From positions 1 to 43,640 of IMG/VR virus record IMGVR_UViG_3300031760_000015: a DNA stretch of 43,640 bases. One strand, written 5' to 3'. The stretch comes from a virus. Lineage: Duplodnaviria; Heunggongvirae; Uroviricota; Caudoviricetes. The translations under genes were made by a program, and so were the position numbers. The notes below the pieces were generated by a model, which saw only the letters and a program-made list of their open reading frames with translations, made no database searches and had not been told where the DNA came from. Position 1 is the stretch's first letter; each line of letters starts with the position of its first letter. Of the stretch, positions 16,425-24,057 are shown in pieces.

Positions 16425-16456
16425 GTAAATTAGACTAAACGGCCATTCTAATTTAC
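16425..16456. repeat. Palindromic site S30 (right end of inversion 2 and last site of the array)
   Basis: GTAAATTAGA-CTAAACGGCCAT-TCTAATTTAC; minus-strand promoter to the left, plus-strand promoter further right. Confidence 0.95.
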
Positions 16457-16776
16457 AAACCCATAACAATACTTCACTCTGCTAAAGTGCTACCATACTA
16501 CCATACTAAAACCTACCTCTTGACTTAGATATAAAATTATGTTATAATAGTATTAGAAAAAGGGGGAGGGAAGTTGTGTGTATGAGCTGGATTTTCGCGC
16601 GTATAATTTCCCTATAAGGAGCTGGAAATAAGCTGGAAGAGGAGCTGGAAATTTTTTCACAACTAACAAGAAAAAAGCTGGAATTGTCAAATATTTGACA
16701 AAATAATTTAAAATATTTTAAAAATAAATAAAATACTTTAATTTTGAAAGAAAAAATTCAAAAAAGGAGTAAAAAA

Positions 16777-18018
16777 ATGAGAGAAGGATTACATTTATCC
16801 GAAGCACTTAATTTAGAGTACCCGCGTTACGAACGAGGTAGATTAAATTTAATTGTCGCGCAAACTGGTCAAGGCAAAACTACCGCCGCAATAAATACTA
16901 TACCAAAGCAATTAGGCGTCGCGCCGCAGCGATGTCTTATTTTAATTGATACTACAATGGGTGAAGAAGAGAAAATAGCCCTTGATGAATGTCAAATGTG
17001 GGGCGAAAAGCTGGATAAACCCTATATATTAAATTATCAAAAATTCGGCGCAATGGTTAAACGTGGAGAGCTAGTAGCTGAAATGTTTGACTATATATGC
17101 TGTGATGAAATTCATAATTTAATTAAGTATGTAAGAATAGATGAAGCTAATATATGGAAGCGCAACCCAGAAAGCTCACGAGAAGTTATTTGCCTTATAC
17201 TCTCGCAAGAATCATTTTCCTACATAGCCATAGACACTTTACTCCATTGGGCTGAGCTGAAAGGAGTATGGTGGTTTGGCTTAACTGCAACCGCAGATAA
17301 CCTAGAAAAATGGACACGTTTAAAATCATATATAAATGAAATTCAAATTCAAGAACAATTAATAGCCTATGAAGTATTCCAGAAATATGAATACTCAGAT
17401 GTTCACGTCTTACTTCGCGCAAATCCAGAAGTTAAACGTTTAATATTTGTTCCTAAAATAGAACAAGGTGAACAGTTTGCGCGCGAAATTCAAGAAAATA
17501 CAGGACGCAAAGTTGTTTGTTTATGGTCTAAACGAGCTTTAAAACCAATGACAAATAATCAGCTAGACATTGTCAATCACTTGCAACATAACCATAAGTA
17601 TCCAGATGATATAGATGATATAATACTTACAGAAGCTTATGCTACAGGCTGGAATTTAATTGATGACAATGTGCAAATTGTAATTGTGCATAGTGGAAAT
17701 AAGGATATACAAATTCAATTTCCTGGAAGGAAACGTGGAGATTGGCAAGTACAATATAATTATAATAGTCAATTAGCTGCTAATGAAAAACGTTTAAATA
17801 GGAAACAAGCTGCAAGAGCTGATATATCAAACACTCAATGGATTATACCAGATAATTATTTAAATCGTAAATTAGGGAAAGAAGATAAAGAACAATTAAT
17901 TCAAGAAATTGGTTATCCTAAAAAATGGACTTCTTTTAAAAAAGATATTTCTAAAAATTATAATATCGAACAAGCTGGAACTGGTGCTTATTATGGACAT
18001 ATAATTTCTAAAAGGTAG
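16777..18018 (+). CDS. SF2 (DExH) helicase-like protein, possible origin-binding/replication protein
   Basis: Walker A AQTGQGKT, Walker B DEIH, motif III TAT; AAGGAG RBS before ATG 16777. Confidence 0.8.
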   Translation: MREGLHLSEALNLEYPRYERGRLNLIVAQTGQGKTTAAINTIPKQLGVAPQRCLILIDTTMGEEEKIALDECQMWGEKLDKPYILNYQKFGAMVKRGELVAEMFDYICCDEIHNLIKYVRIDEANIWKRNPESSREVICLILSQESFSYIAIDTLLHWAELKGVWWFGLTATADNLEKWTRLKSYINEIQIQEQLIAYEVFQKYEYSDVHVLLRANPEVKRLIFVPKIEQGEQFAREIQENTGRKVVCLWSKRALKPMTNNQLDIVNHLQHNHKYPDDIDDIILTEAYATGWNLIDDNVQIVIVHSGNKDIQIQFPGRKRGDWQVQYNYNSQLAANEKRLNRKQAARADISNTQWIIPDNYLNRKLGKEDKEQLIQEIGYPKKWTSFKKDISKNYNIEQAGTGAYYGHIISKR

Positions 18019-18034
18019 AAAATCGACAAAATTT

Positions 18035-18285
18035 GGGTCCGGGGTTCTATATAGACAACCCCGGACTCATTTTTTTTCGGTAAAAATTACTACAAGTCAA
18101 ATATTTGACTTTTTCTAAAATACTGACGTAAAATTACCCCCACCTATTTATAAGAGATGGGGGTAAAACTTTGTCAGGAAAATATTTGAATACATAAATT
18201 TCATAGAAAAAAACGGGTCCGGGGTTCTATATAGACAACCCCGAATAAAAATTTTTTCGAAATTACTACAAGTCAAGTATTTGAC
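18035..18285. repeat. Two direct repeat units 180 bp apart; candidate origin iterons
   Basis: GGGTCCGGGGTTCTATATAGACAACCCCG at 18035-18063 and 18215-18243, each followed by AAATTACTACAAGTCAARTATTTGAC. Confidence 0.85.
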
Positions 18286-18609
18286 ATCTTATAAATTATA
18301 TATAATATAAATTATAAAATTTTAATAATTTCTATTGAGTCAAATGTTTGACAAAAGTTGAAATTTGGCGCACTACCATAAACCCTACACCCCAAAAATT
18401 CCCTAACTCTTAAATCAACCCTTCCCTCCAAAATTTCCAACTTCCCTATCCTTTCCCTATATTTCATTTTATATACTCTCAAAATTCATTACTTCTTCAT
18501 TTCTTTACAACAAGGATGTATCCTTTATTAAATATTCAAAATGCCATATTTTTCCTTTTCTTACAACCGCGCGAAATCGCGCGAAAACCTTATGTCCCCC
18601 TTCCCGTTC

Positions 18610-18657
18610 CTCAAAAAGCGCTTCGCGCTTTTTGAGTCACCGGTCCCCAAGGGGACC
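18610..18657. terminator. Paired hairpins ending the non-coding block
   Basis: CTCAAAAAGCGC-TTC-GCGCTTTTTGAG and GGTCCCC-AA-GGGGACC. Confidence 0.6.
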
Positions 18658-18664
18658 CGATTGT

Positions 18665-18693
18665 TTGACTTTGTAAAAGTTTTAGTGTATAAT
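18665..18693 (+). promoter_or_regulatory. sigmaA promoter
   Basis: TTGACT-N17-TATAAT; equivalent promoters at 20305, 23451, 24800, 36650, 40894, 41556 and 43237. Confidence 0.8.
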
Positions 18694-18723
18694 ATAAATA
18701 TAAAGTAAGAGAGGTTGAGTTGA

Positions 18724-19119
18724 ATGAAGAAAGGTAATGAATTGGTTATTCATAAAGAAGAAAATTTTGAAATTGTGCGCTATAACTATTATTTTGAAAA
18801 TAAAAAAGAAATGGAGCAATTTAAATTAAAGAAAGACGAAAAACTTGTTGCGCGTGTTTTTTATACTGGGGATGAATATTATCCTTGTAAGATACAAGTT
18901 GAAGCTATTCGCACAATTAAAACAAAATATATTTATGATACAGATGAATATGCGCCTTTTATTAAAAATTTACAAAAAACTCAATACAATTTTGGTTATA
19001 CCAGTGAATGGTATAATAATTGGATTGATTATGTAAATAAGATGCCATATGACGAGGCTTGCGCGCTTATTGAACTTTTAAATGAATTTTATGTAGCTGG
19101 AAAGGAGAATGTATGGTAA
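18724..19119 (+). CDS. Hypothetical protein
   Basis: ORF after promoter, GAGG RBS. Confidence 0.75.
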   Translation: MKKGNELVIHKEENFEIVRYNYYFENKKEMEQFKLKKDEKLVARVFYTGDEYYPCKIQVEAIRTIKTKYIYDTDEYAPFIKNLQKTQYNFGYTSEWYNNWIDYVNKMPYDEACALIELLNEFYVAGKENVW

Positions 19120-19343
19120 TGAAATTTATTGAGAAGATTAGAAAAATTACTAAAGAAGCCAATGATATTGAACATATGTATCCTAATATAACTAAAACTA
19201 TTACAGAAGCTGCTTCAAAAGGTAAAGATTGGTGTTCTATAAATAGTTTAACTCCAACAGAAATTGAAGCTTTGCGCGCGGAAGGTTTTACAGTAAAAGA
19301 AGCTTCTTTTCTTTTTGATTTTGGATATGATATAGAATGGTAG
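19113..19343 (+). CDS. Hypothetical protein (L..xGF...I.W family)
   Basis: AAGGAG RBS. Confidence 0.75.
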   Translation: MVMKFIEKIRKITKEANDIEHMYPNITKTITEAASKGKDWCSINSLTPTEIEALRAEGFTVKEASFLFDFGYDIEW

Positions 19344-19352
19344 GTTTTTAAT

Positions 19353-19634
19353 ATGATTACTAGTTGGGAAGATATGTTAAATAATGAATTAAAGTATCAA
19401 AATTTTAGCGCGAATAGATGTAATGAGACTACGCATGAAGCAATAGCTAAACGAGAAAGACCACTTATTGTTGATACAATTTTAGAAGCAGTAAATAAAG
19501 GTTGCTTTTCTACTACATTACCAATAGTTAGTCAAGATACTAAGAATTGGTTAATTGATTTAAATTTTCGTATTTATTCTAATAACGATGAATTAAAAAT
19601 TTCTTGGGACGATGGAGTAATAAGAAATGAATGA
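19353..19634 (+). CDS. Hypothetical protein (same family)
   Basis: ILEAVNKG...LIDLNF...ISW. Confidence 0.7.
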   Translation: MITSWEDMLNNELKYQNFSANRCNETTHEAIAKRERPLIVDTILEAVNKGCFSTTLPIVSQDTKNWLIDLNFRIYSNNDELKISWDDGVIRNE

Positions 19635-19779
19635 AAATTTATTTGATAGAGTTATTAAAGGTTTAGATGCTTGTATTAGAGAAGATTGCGAAAATTGTGA
19701 GTATCATAAAAATTCTGTTCGCAGCTGTGATAGAATGCTTGTTGAAGCTAAGGAGTTAATTTTTAAAACAGCAGCATGA
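19627..19779 (+). CDS. 50-aa Cys-containing protein
   Basis: GGAG RBS; C..DCENC..C motif; below ORF-track cutoff. Confidence 0.55.
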   Translation: MNENLFDRVIKGLDACIREDCENCEYHKNSVRSCDRMLVEAKELIFKTAA

Positions 19780-19912
19780 TTTAAAAACTTTACAAAATTT
19801 TTATAATAAGTGAGAAGAATCTATTTGGGGTGATACTTGGGTTCCTCATGATGAATGTTGGTGATTTATAGTTTTAGAATTAAAAATCAACTATGTATGA
19901 GATGATTAAAGA

Positions 19913-20163
19913 ATGAAAGAAAAATTATTATATTGGATTAATAGAATTATTTATAAAAGTAATATGAATTATACTTACTCAAAAATTTATACAACTTTAA
20001 AAAAGGAGAACCTATTTGTTGTATTGAATATCCTAACGCTACTAAAAATGAAATAGATGATATTGTAGCTCGTTTAGAATATTTAGGTTATAATATATAC
20101 TTTACCTATATTTCTCCCATAGAACGAAATCCTTCTGAAATTAGAATTAAACTACACGAGTAA
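19913..20163 (+). pseudogene. Frameshifted ~83-codon gene, or programmed -1 frameshift
   Basis: 0-frame ORF from ATG 19913 reaches A_AAA_AAG (19999-20005); the -1 frame continues KGEPICCIEY...LEYLGY...IKLHE to TAA 20163. Confidence 0.5.
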
Positions 20164-20362
20164 TTTCATTTTGATTCGCGCGATTAAATCTCAATTTTAT
20201 TTTTAAATTCTATAACCCTTAAACCAACCCTCCAATTTCATTTTCATTTCTGGGATTATTTTCTCAGATTTTTTACTATATAAAAAATCCTAAAATCCTA
20301 CCCCTTGACTTTAATATAAAATTATAGTATAATATATACATAAAGGAAAAGGAGTATGTAAT

Positions 20363-21493
20363 ATGGAACTTGTAAAGTTTATGAATAAGTATGCGGATTG
20401 GGAAAAGCGTTTGCGCGAAAAGCCCTATTGTTTGGAGATTAAGTGGGACGGAGATTTTGTTATACTGAAGTATAACATGATTGAGTCTGACCTTAATTTA
20501 ACTATTTGTAAAGAAGCTCGCGGTTCCATATTTACCAATATCCATAATGAATGGTTTTGTGTTTGCCGCTCCTTAGATAAGTTTGGTAACTGGGGAGAGT
20601 CGTATGCCGATACTAAAAAGATAGATTGGACTAAGCCTGTTTCTGTACAAGAAAAAATTGATGGTTCCATCATTCGTTGCTGGTGTCATAAGGGATTATG
20701 GCATGTTTCTACTAATGGAACTATTGATGCATTTAAAGCTGAGTGCGGCGATTCCACTTATGGTGATGTATTTTATTCTATTATAGGAAAATACACTACT
20801 GTACGCAACTTCTTTGATGTTCTTGATACTCATTATACCTATTGGTTTGAAATGGTACATCCTCAATATAATCAAATTGTTGTTCATTATGATGAACCTG
20901 CGATTTATTATCTTGGTCGTCGTAATATGCTTACTATGCTCGAAAGTGTTTATTTTGAAACCTTTGATAAATGGGTTAAGCATCCGAAAATTTATAAATA
21001 TAATAATTTAGATGAAGTTCTTGAAGCTTGCCATAATATGGGAGAAGATGAAGAAGGTTATGTAGTTTGTGCTTATAACCAAATGGAAAATGATTCTTTC
21101 TTGCGCATTAAGTGTAAGGGAGACGAATATCTAAAGCGGCATAAGTTAAGGGGAAATGGGCCTTTAACTGCGGTTAAAGTCGTATCTCTATGGCAAGATG
21201 ATACTATAGATGATTTCCTTGCTTATTTCCCTGAACATACCACTTATGTAAATGAAGTAATTCATAAAATTCGTGATTTATATGAAAAGGCAGATATTGC
21301 TTATGATGTAGTGAAGGGAACTGGACCTCGTAAAGATTTTGCTATGCGCGTAAAGTCTTACATCAAGCCTATTCAATCCTACCTATTCGCGCGCTTAGAT
21401 AATAAAGTAGATTGCGCAAGCACTTATTTCAAGCAAATGAAAGCGCGCAATCTTGCTGAAATTTTAGATATTAAAGATATAGGAGTAAAATAA
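20363..21493 (+). CDS. rnl1: T4 Rnl1-like RNA ligase
   Basis: EKIDGS adenylation motif, FEMV, EEGYV, RIKCK motifs. Confidence 0.85.
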   Translation: MELVKFMNKYADWEKRLREKPYCLEIKWDGDFVILKYNMIESDLNLTICKEARGSIFTNIHNEWFCVCRSLDKFGNWGESYADTKKIDWTKPVSVQEKIDGSIIRCWCHKGLWHVSTNGTIDAFKAECGDSTYGDVFYSIIGKYTTVRNFFDVLDTHYTYWFEMVHPQYNQIVVHYDEPAIYYLGRRNMLTMLESVYFETFDKWVKHPKIYKYNNLDEVLEACHNMGEDEEGYVVCAYNQMENDSFLRIKCKGDEYLKRHKLRGNGPLTAVKVVSLWQDDTIDDFLAYFPEHTTYVNEVIHKIRDLYEKADIAYDVVKGTGPRKDFAMRVKSYIKPIQSYLFARLDNKVDCASTYFKQMKARNLAEILDIKDIGVK

Positions 21494-21798
21494 TGGCACA
21501 AATATTAAAATTAAATGAACTTAAACCCGGTATGGTTGTTTGGCTTCAACGTTCTCATATAGTTCGACCGCATGTAGTTGAGATTGTTAGTGTAAAGAAA
21601 GGCGAAAATTATTTCAATCAGAAATGTATGAAAGTCGATTTTAGTGAGCCTAATTCTCATTGTTTCACATTTCTTCCGCCCGGAGATCGATATGATGACT
21701 ATGGCAATACTTGGCTTTGTTGGGATACAAAGCCATCAAAGAAAGAAATGCGAGTGATGGAGAATTGGGATTCTTTTGATATATACGAGGAGAATTAA
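21493..21798 (+). CDS. Hypothetical protein
   Basis: TAATG coupling, GGAG RBS. Confidence 0.75.
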   Translation: MAQILKLNELKPGMVVWLQRSHIVRPHVVEIVSVKKGENYFNQKCMKVDFSEPNSHCFTFLPPGDRYDDYGNTWLCWDTKPSKKEMRVMENWDSFDIYEEN

Positions 21799-22005
21799 AT
21801 GAATACAGTAAATGATATTATTAATTTAATCGCGCGCAGAGATAACATTTCTGTTTTAGAAGCAACAAATATTGTTAGTGAGTGTATGAATGAAATGGAA
21901 GAAGCCGTCGCACAAGGATATTGGCAGGAAGCAGAAGATATTCTTATGGCTTATCTTGGCTTAGAACCTGATTATCTTGATATACTTATGACGGAGATGT
22001 TTTAA
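21799..22005 (+). CDS. Hypothetical phage protein
   Basis: GAGGAG RBS; LGLEPDY motif. Confidence 0.75.
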   Translation: MNTVNDIINLIARRDNISVLEATNIVSECMNEMEEAVAQGYWQEAEDILMAYLGLEPDYLDILMTEMF

Positions 22006-22006
22006 A

Positions 22007-22093
22007 ATGAATTTTTTCTTATGGGCTATTGGTTATATTATTGGAGTACTTTTAGCCGTAATACTTGGCATTTGGATGGCAGACAAGTTTTAA
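22007..22093 (+). CDS. 28-aa membrane peptide
   Basis: MNFFLWAIGYIIGVLLAVILGIWMADKF; operonic. Confidence 0.5.
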   Translation: MNFFLWAIGYIIGVLLAVILGIWMADKF

Positions 22094-22102
22094 GGAGATA
22101 AT

Positions 22103-22390
22103 ATGAAGAAAATTTTAATTTTTATTTTAATTTTAGGTATGCTTTTCGCGCTAACAGGCTGCACAAAACGAATTGCTCTTGATAATGGGCAAACAGTTGA
22201 AGTAGAAGCAAATTTTTATATAATTAAAACGCTTTATTCTGGGTCAGGCTATGATGTTAGACTTTGTTATGATCCAGATACAAAAGTTATGTATTATATG
22301 ATGGGCACTAATGGTTCTTATTGTTTTGGTGTTTCGCCTTATTATCTTTCTAATGGCGAACTTGGTATTTATGGTAAAAACTATCATTAG
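22103..22390 (+). CDS. Predicted lipoprotein
   Basis: Signal peptide with LFALTGC lipobox. Confidence 0.75.
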   Translation: MKKILIFILILGMLFALTGCTKRIALDNGQTVEVEANFYIIKTLYSGSGYDVRLCYDPDTKVMYYMMGTNGSYCFGVSPYYLSNGELGIYGKNYH

Positions 22391-22398
22391 GAGGCATT

Positions 22399-22548
22399 AT
22401 GGAACTTTTTAAAATTTTTATTCTTTTAGTTACAATTTTTATTTTTAGCAGTCTTTTACATCTTATAATTGAATTATGGCAACTTTCACCGCTAAAAGAA
22501 GAAAAAAGTGTACCTGTTTATATAACTAAAGAAATTAAGGAGAATTAG
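22399..22548 (+). CDS. Small membrane protein
   Basis: AGGAGG RBS; hydrophobic N-terminus. Confidence 0.55.
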   Translation: MELFKIFILLVTIFIFSSLLHLIIELWQLSPLKEEKSVPVYITKEIKEN

Positions 22549-22549
22549 T

Positions 22550-22798
22550 ATGAAGTTTGTAAAGAAACCTATTCCAATTGATGCGGTACAATGGACTGGA
22601 TATAATTTTGATGAAATTGCTAATTTTATGGGAGATAATCACCCAGTTATTGCTGGCACAAATAGTCTTCTTATCTCTACTTTAGAAGGAGAAATGAAAG
22701 CTATTCCTGGTAGTTGGATTATTCGCGGCCCGAAGGGCGAATATTATCCTTGTAGAAAAGATATTTTTGAAGAAACTTACATGAGGATTGATAATTAA
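22550..22798 (+). CDS. PGDYG-like phage protein
   Basis: TLEG....PG.WII.G..GEYYPC...IF..TY pattern. Confidence 0.75.
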   Translation: MKFVKKPIPIDAVQWTGYNFDEIANFMGDNHPVIAGTNSLLISTLEGEMKAIPGSWIIRGPKGEYYPCRKDIFEETYMRIDN

Positions 22799-23093
22799 AA
22801 TGATTGCTTTAAATAGAAAAATGCCACAAAATTGCCTTGATTGTCCTTGTTTGGCAACATTTGCTATAGATAAGGAAAACATTCAAAATATTCAATACTT
22901 AATTCGTTATTGTCAGGCCGCAAGACAAGATATGGTGTTTATTGAATGGGACACTTCGAAAATAACTCCTGATATATGGATGAATTGGAATAAACCAAAA
23001 TGGTGTCCTTGGCAAACTGTTTATGAAGATATAGATGATGAAGAAAGTGCTTGGCATATGTCAATGGCTGGATTAGGAGGTTCGTATGATTAA
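22788..23093 (+). CDS. Cys-containing hypothetical protein
   Basis: MPQNCLDCPC...PKWCP. Confidence 0.7.
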   Translation: MIIKMIALNRKMPQNCLDCPCLATFAIDKENIQNIQYLIRYCQAARQDMVFIEWDTSKITPDIWMNWNKPKWCPWQTVYEDIDDEESAWHMSMAGLGGSYD

Positions 23094-23301
23094 GTGCCCG
23101 AAGTGCGGCAAAAGCTATTATATGGAAAAATATACTACTTGTACTGCAATGTATTATCCTCCCGTTTATAAAGATGGAGTAAATATTAACCCTGATAGAA
23201 ATATATCTACAACTGTTTGTTTATGTTTAGAATGTCAAAATATTTTTAGTTATCAAATGCGCGGTGGAGAATTAATATGCGAAGCGTCAACGAGCAATTA
23301 A
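23086..23301 (+). CDS. Zinc-ribbon protein
   Basis: CPKC...CLEC. Confidence 0.75.
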   Translation: MIKCPKCGKSYYMEKYTTCTAMYYPPVYKDGVNINPDRNISTTVCLCLECQNIFSYQMRGGELICEASTSN

Positions 23302-23465
23302 GCGCGCGAAAATGGCTGGAAGAATATGCTAATTCTCCTATTAAAGTTTCTACGCGCGAAGAAGCCATTAAAAATCTTACTAGACTTGGTATTTTAGATG
23401 AAAATGGAGAAATAAAATCGGAATGGCGAGATTTAATTGTTAAAAAAAGATTGACTTCAACTTAA
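23277..23465 (+). CDS. Hypothetical protein
   Basis: Operonic ORF with GGAG RBS. Confidence 0.6.
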   Translation: MRSVNEQLSARKWLEEYANSPIKVSTREEAIKNLTRLGILDENGEIKSEWRDLIVKKRLTST

Positions 23466-23506
23466 ATTTCTGGTATAATATATACATAAGAAAGGAGAGG
23501 AAATAC

Positions 23507-24037
23507 TTGATTAAGTGGGAAGATGCTTTTGAGCGCAATCTTCATTATCACATTGGTATGTATGGCGGGAAATTTATACCTTTTCATAAAGGTCATTTCT
23601 TTTGTTTGAATACCGCGGCTTTACTATGTGATAAAGTATATTGTATTCTATTCTATGGCGGCGACCAAGAATTAGAAATTCTTAAAAATGATACAACTCT
23701 TGATAGAAAATACTTGAACATAGAAGCAAGAAAAGAAGAACTTAGGCGTATCTGTTCTAAATTTTCTCATGTAGAGCCAGTTTTTATTGATGTTACAAAT
23801 TGTAAAACTCCTGATGGTAAAGAAGATTGGGACGCAGAAACTCCACTTGTTCTCAATGCTTGCGGCAAACTTAATGCGGCTTTCAGTAGTGAAATTTCAT
23901 ATGATGAATACTTTAAGCGCGCTTATCCTTGGGCAGAGCATGTATTAGTTGATCCTCCAAGAGAGAATTTCCCTATTAGTGCCACAATGCTTCGTGGTAT
24001 GACTGAAGAAGAAGCAAGAAAATGGTTTTGTAAATAA
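23507..24037 (+). CDS. nadR: NadR-type nicotinamide-nucleotide adenylyltransferase (no kinase domain)
   Basis: GGKFIPFHKGH (HxGH) motif, ISAT motif, next to pnuC; TTG start with GAGG RBS. Confidence 0.8.
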   Translation: MIKWEDAFERNLHYHIGMYGGKFIPFHKGHFFCLNTAALLCDKVYCILFYGGDQELEILKNDTTLDRKYLNIEARKEELRRICSKFSHVEPVFIDVTNCKTPDGKEDWDAETPLVLNACGKLNAAFSSEISYDEYFKRAYPWAEHVLVDPPRENFPISATMLRGMTEEEARKWFCK

Positions 24038-24057
24038 TAGAAAGGAATATATTTATT

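Larger units (their letters stand above)
285..16456. other. Array of promoter-gene-terminator cassettes delimited by 30 copies of a 32-bp palindrome (array probably continues upstream of the window)
   Basis: Recurrent order terminator / GTAAATTAGA-N5-CG-N5-TCTAATTTAC / TTAAC-TTGAC-N17-TATAAT / RBS / short gene, repeated every ~0.3-1.2 kb. Confidence 0.92.

Noticed and set aside
285-16456. CRISPR array interpretation of the 32-bp repeats
   Set aside because: Repeats are degenerate, spacers are 0.3-1.2 kb containing whole genes, and no cas genes are present.
285-16456. Classical integron (attC/IntI)
   Set aside because: No intI in the window, no consistent RYYYAAC...GTTRRRY boxes, and cassettes carry their own promoters; the analogy is organisational only.
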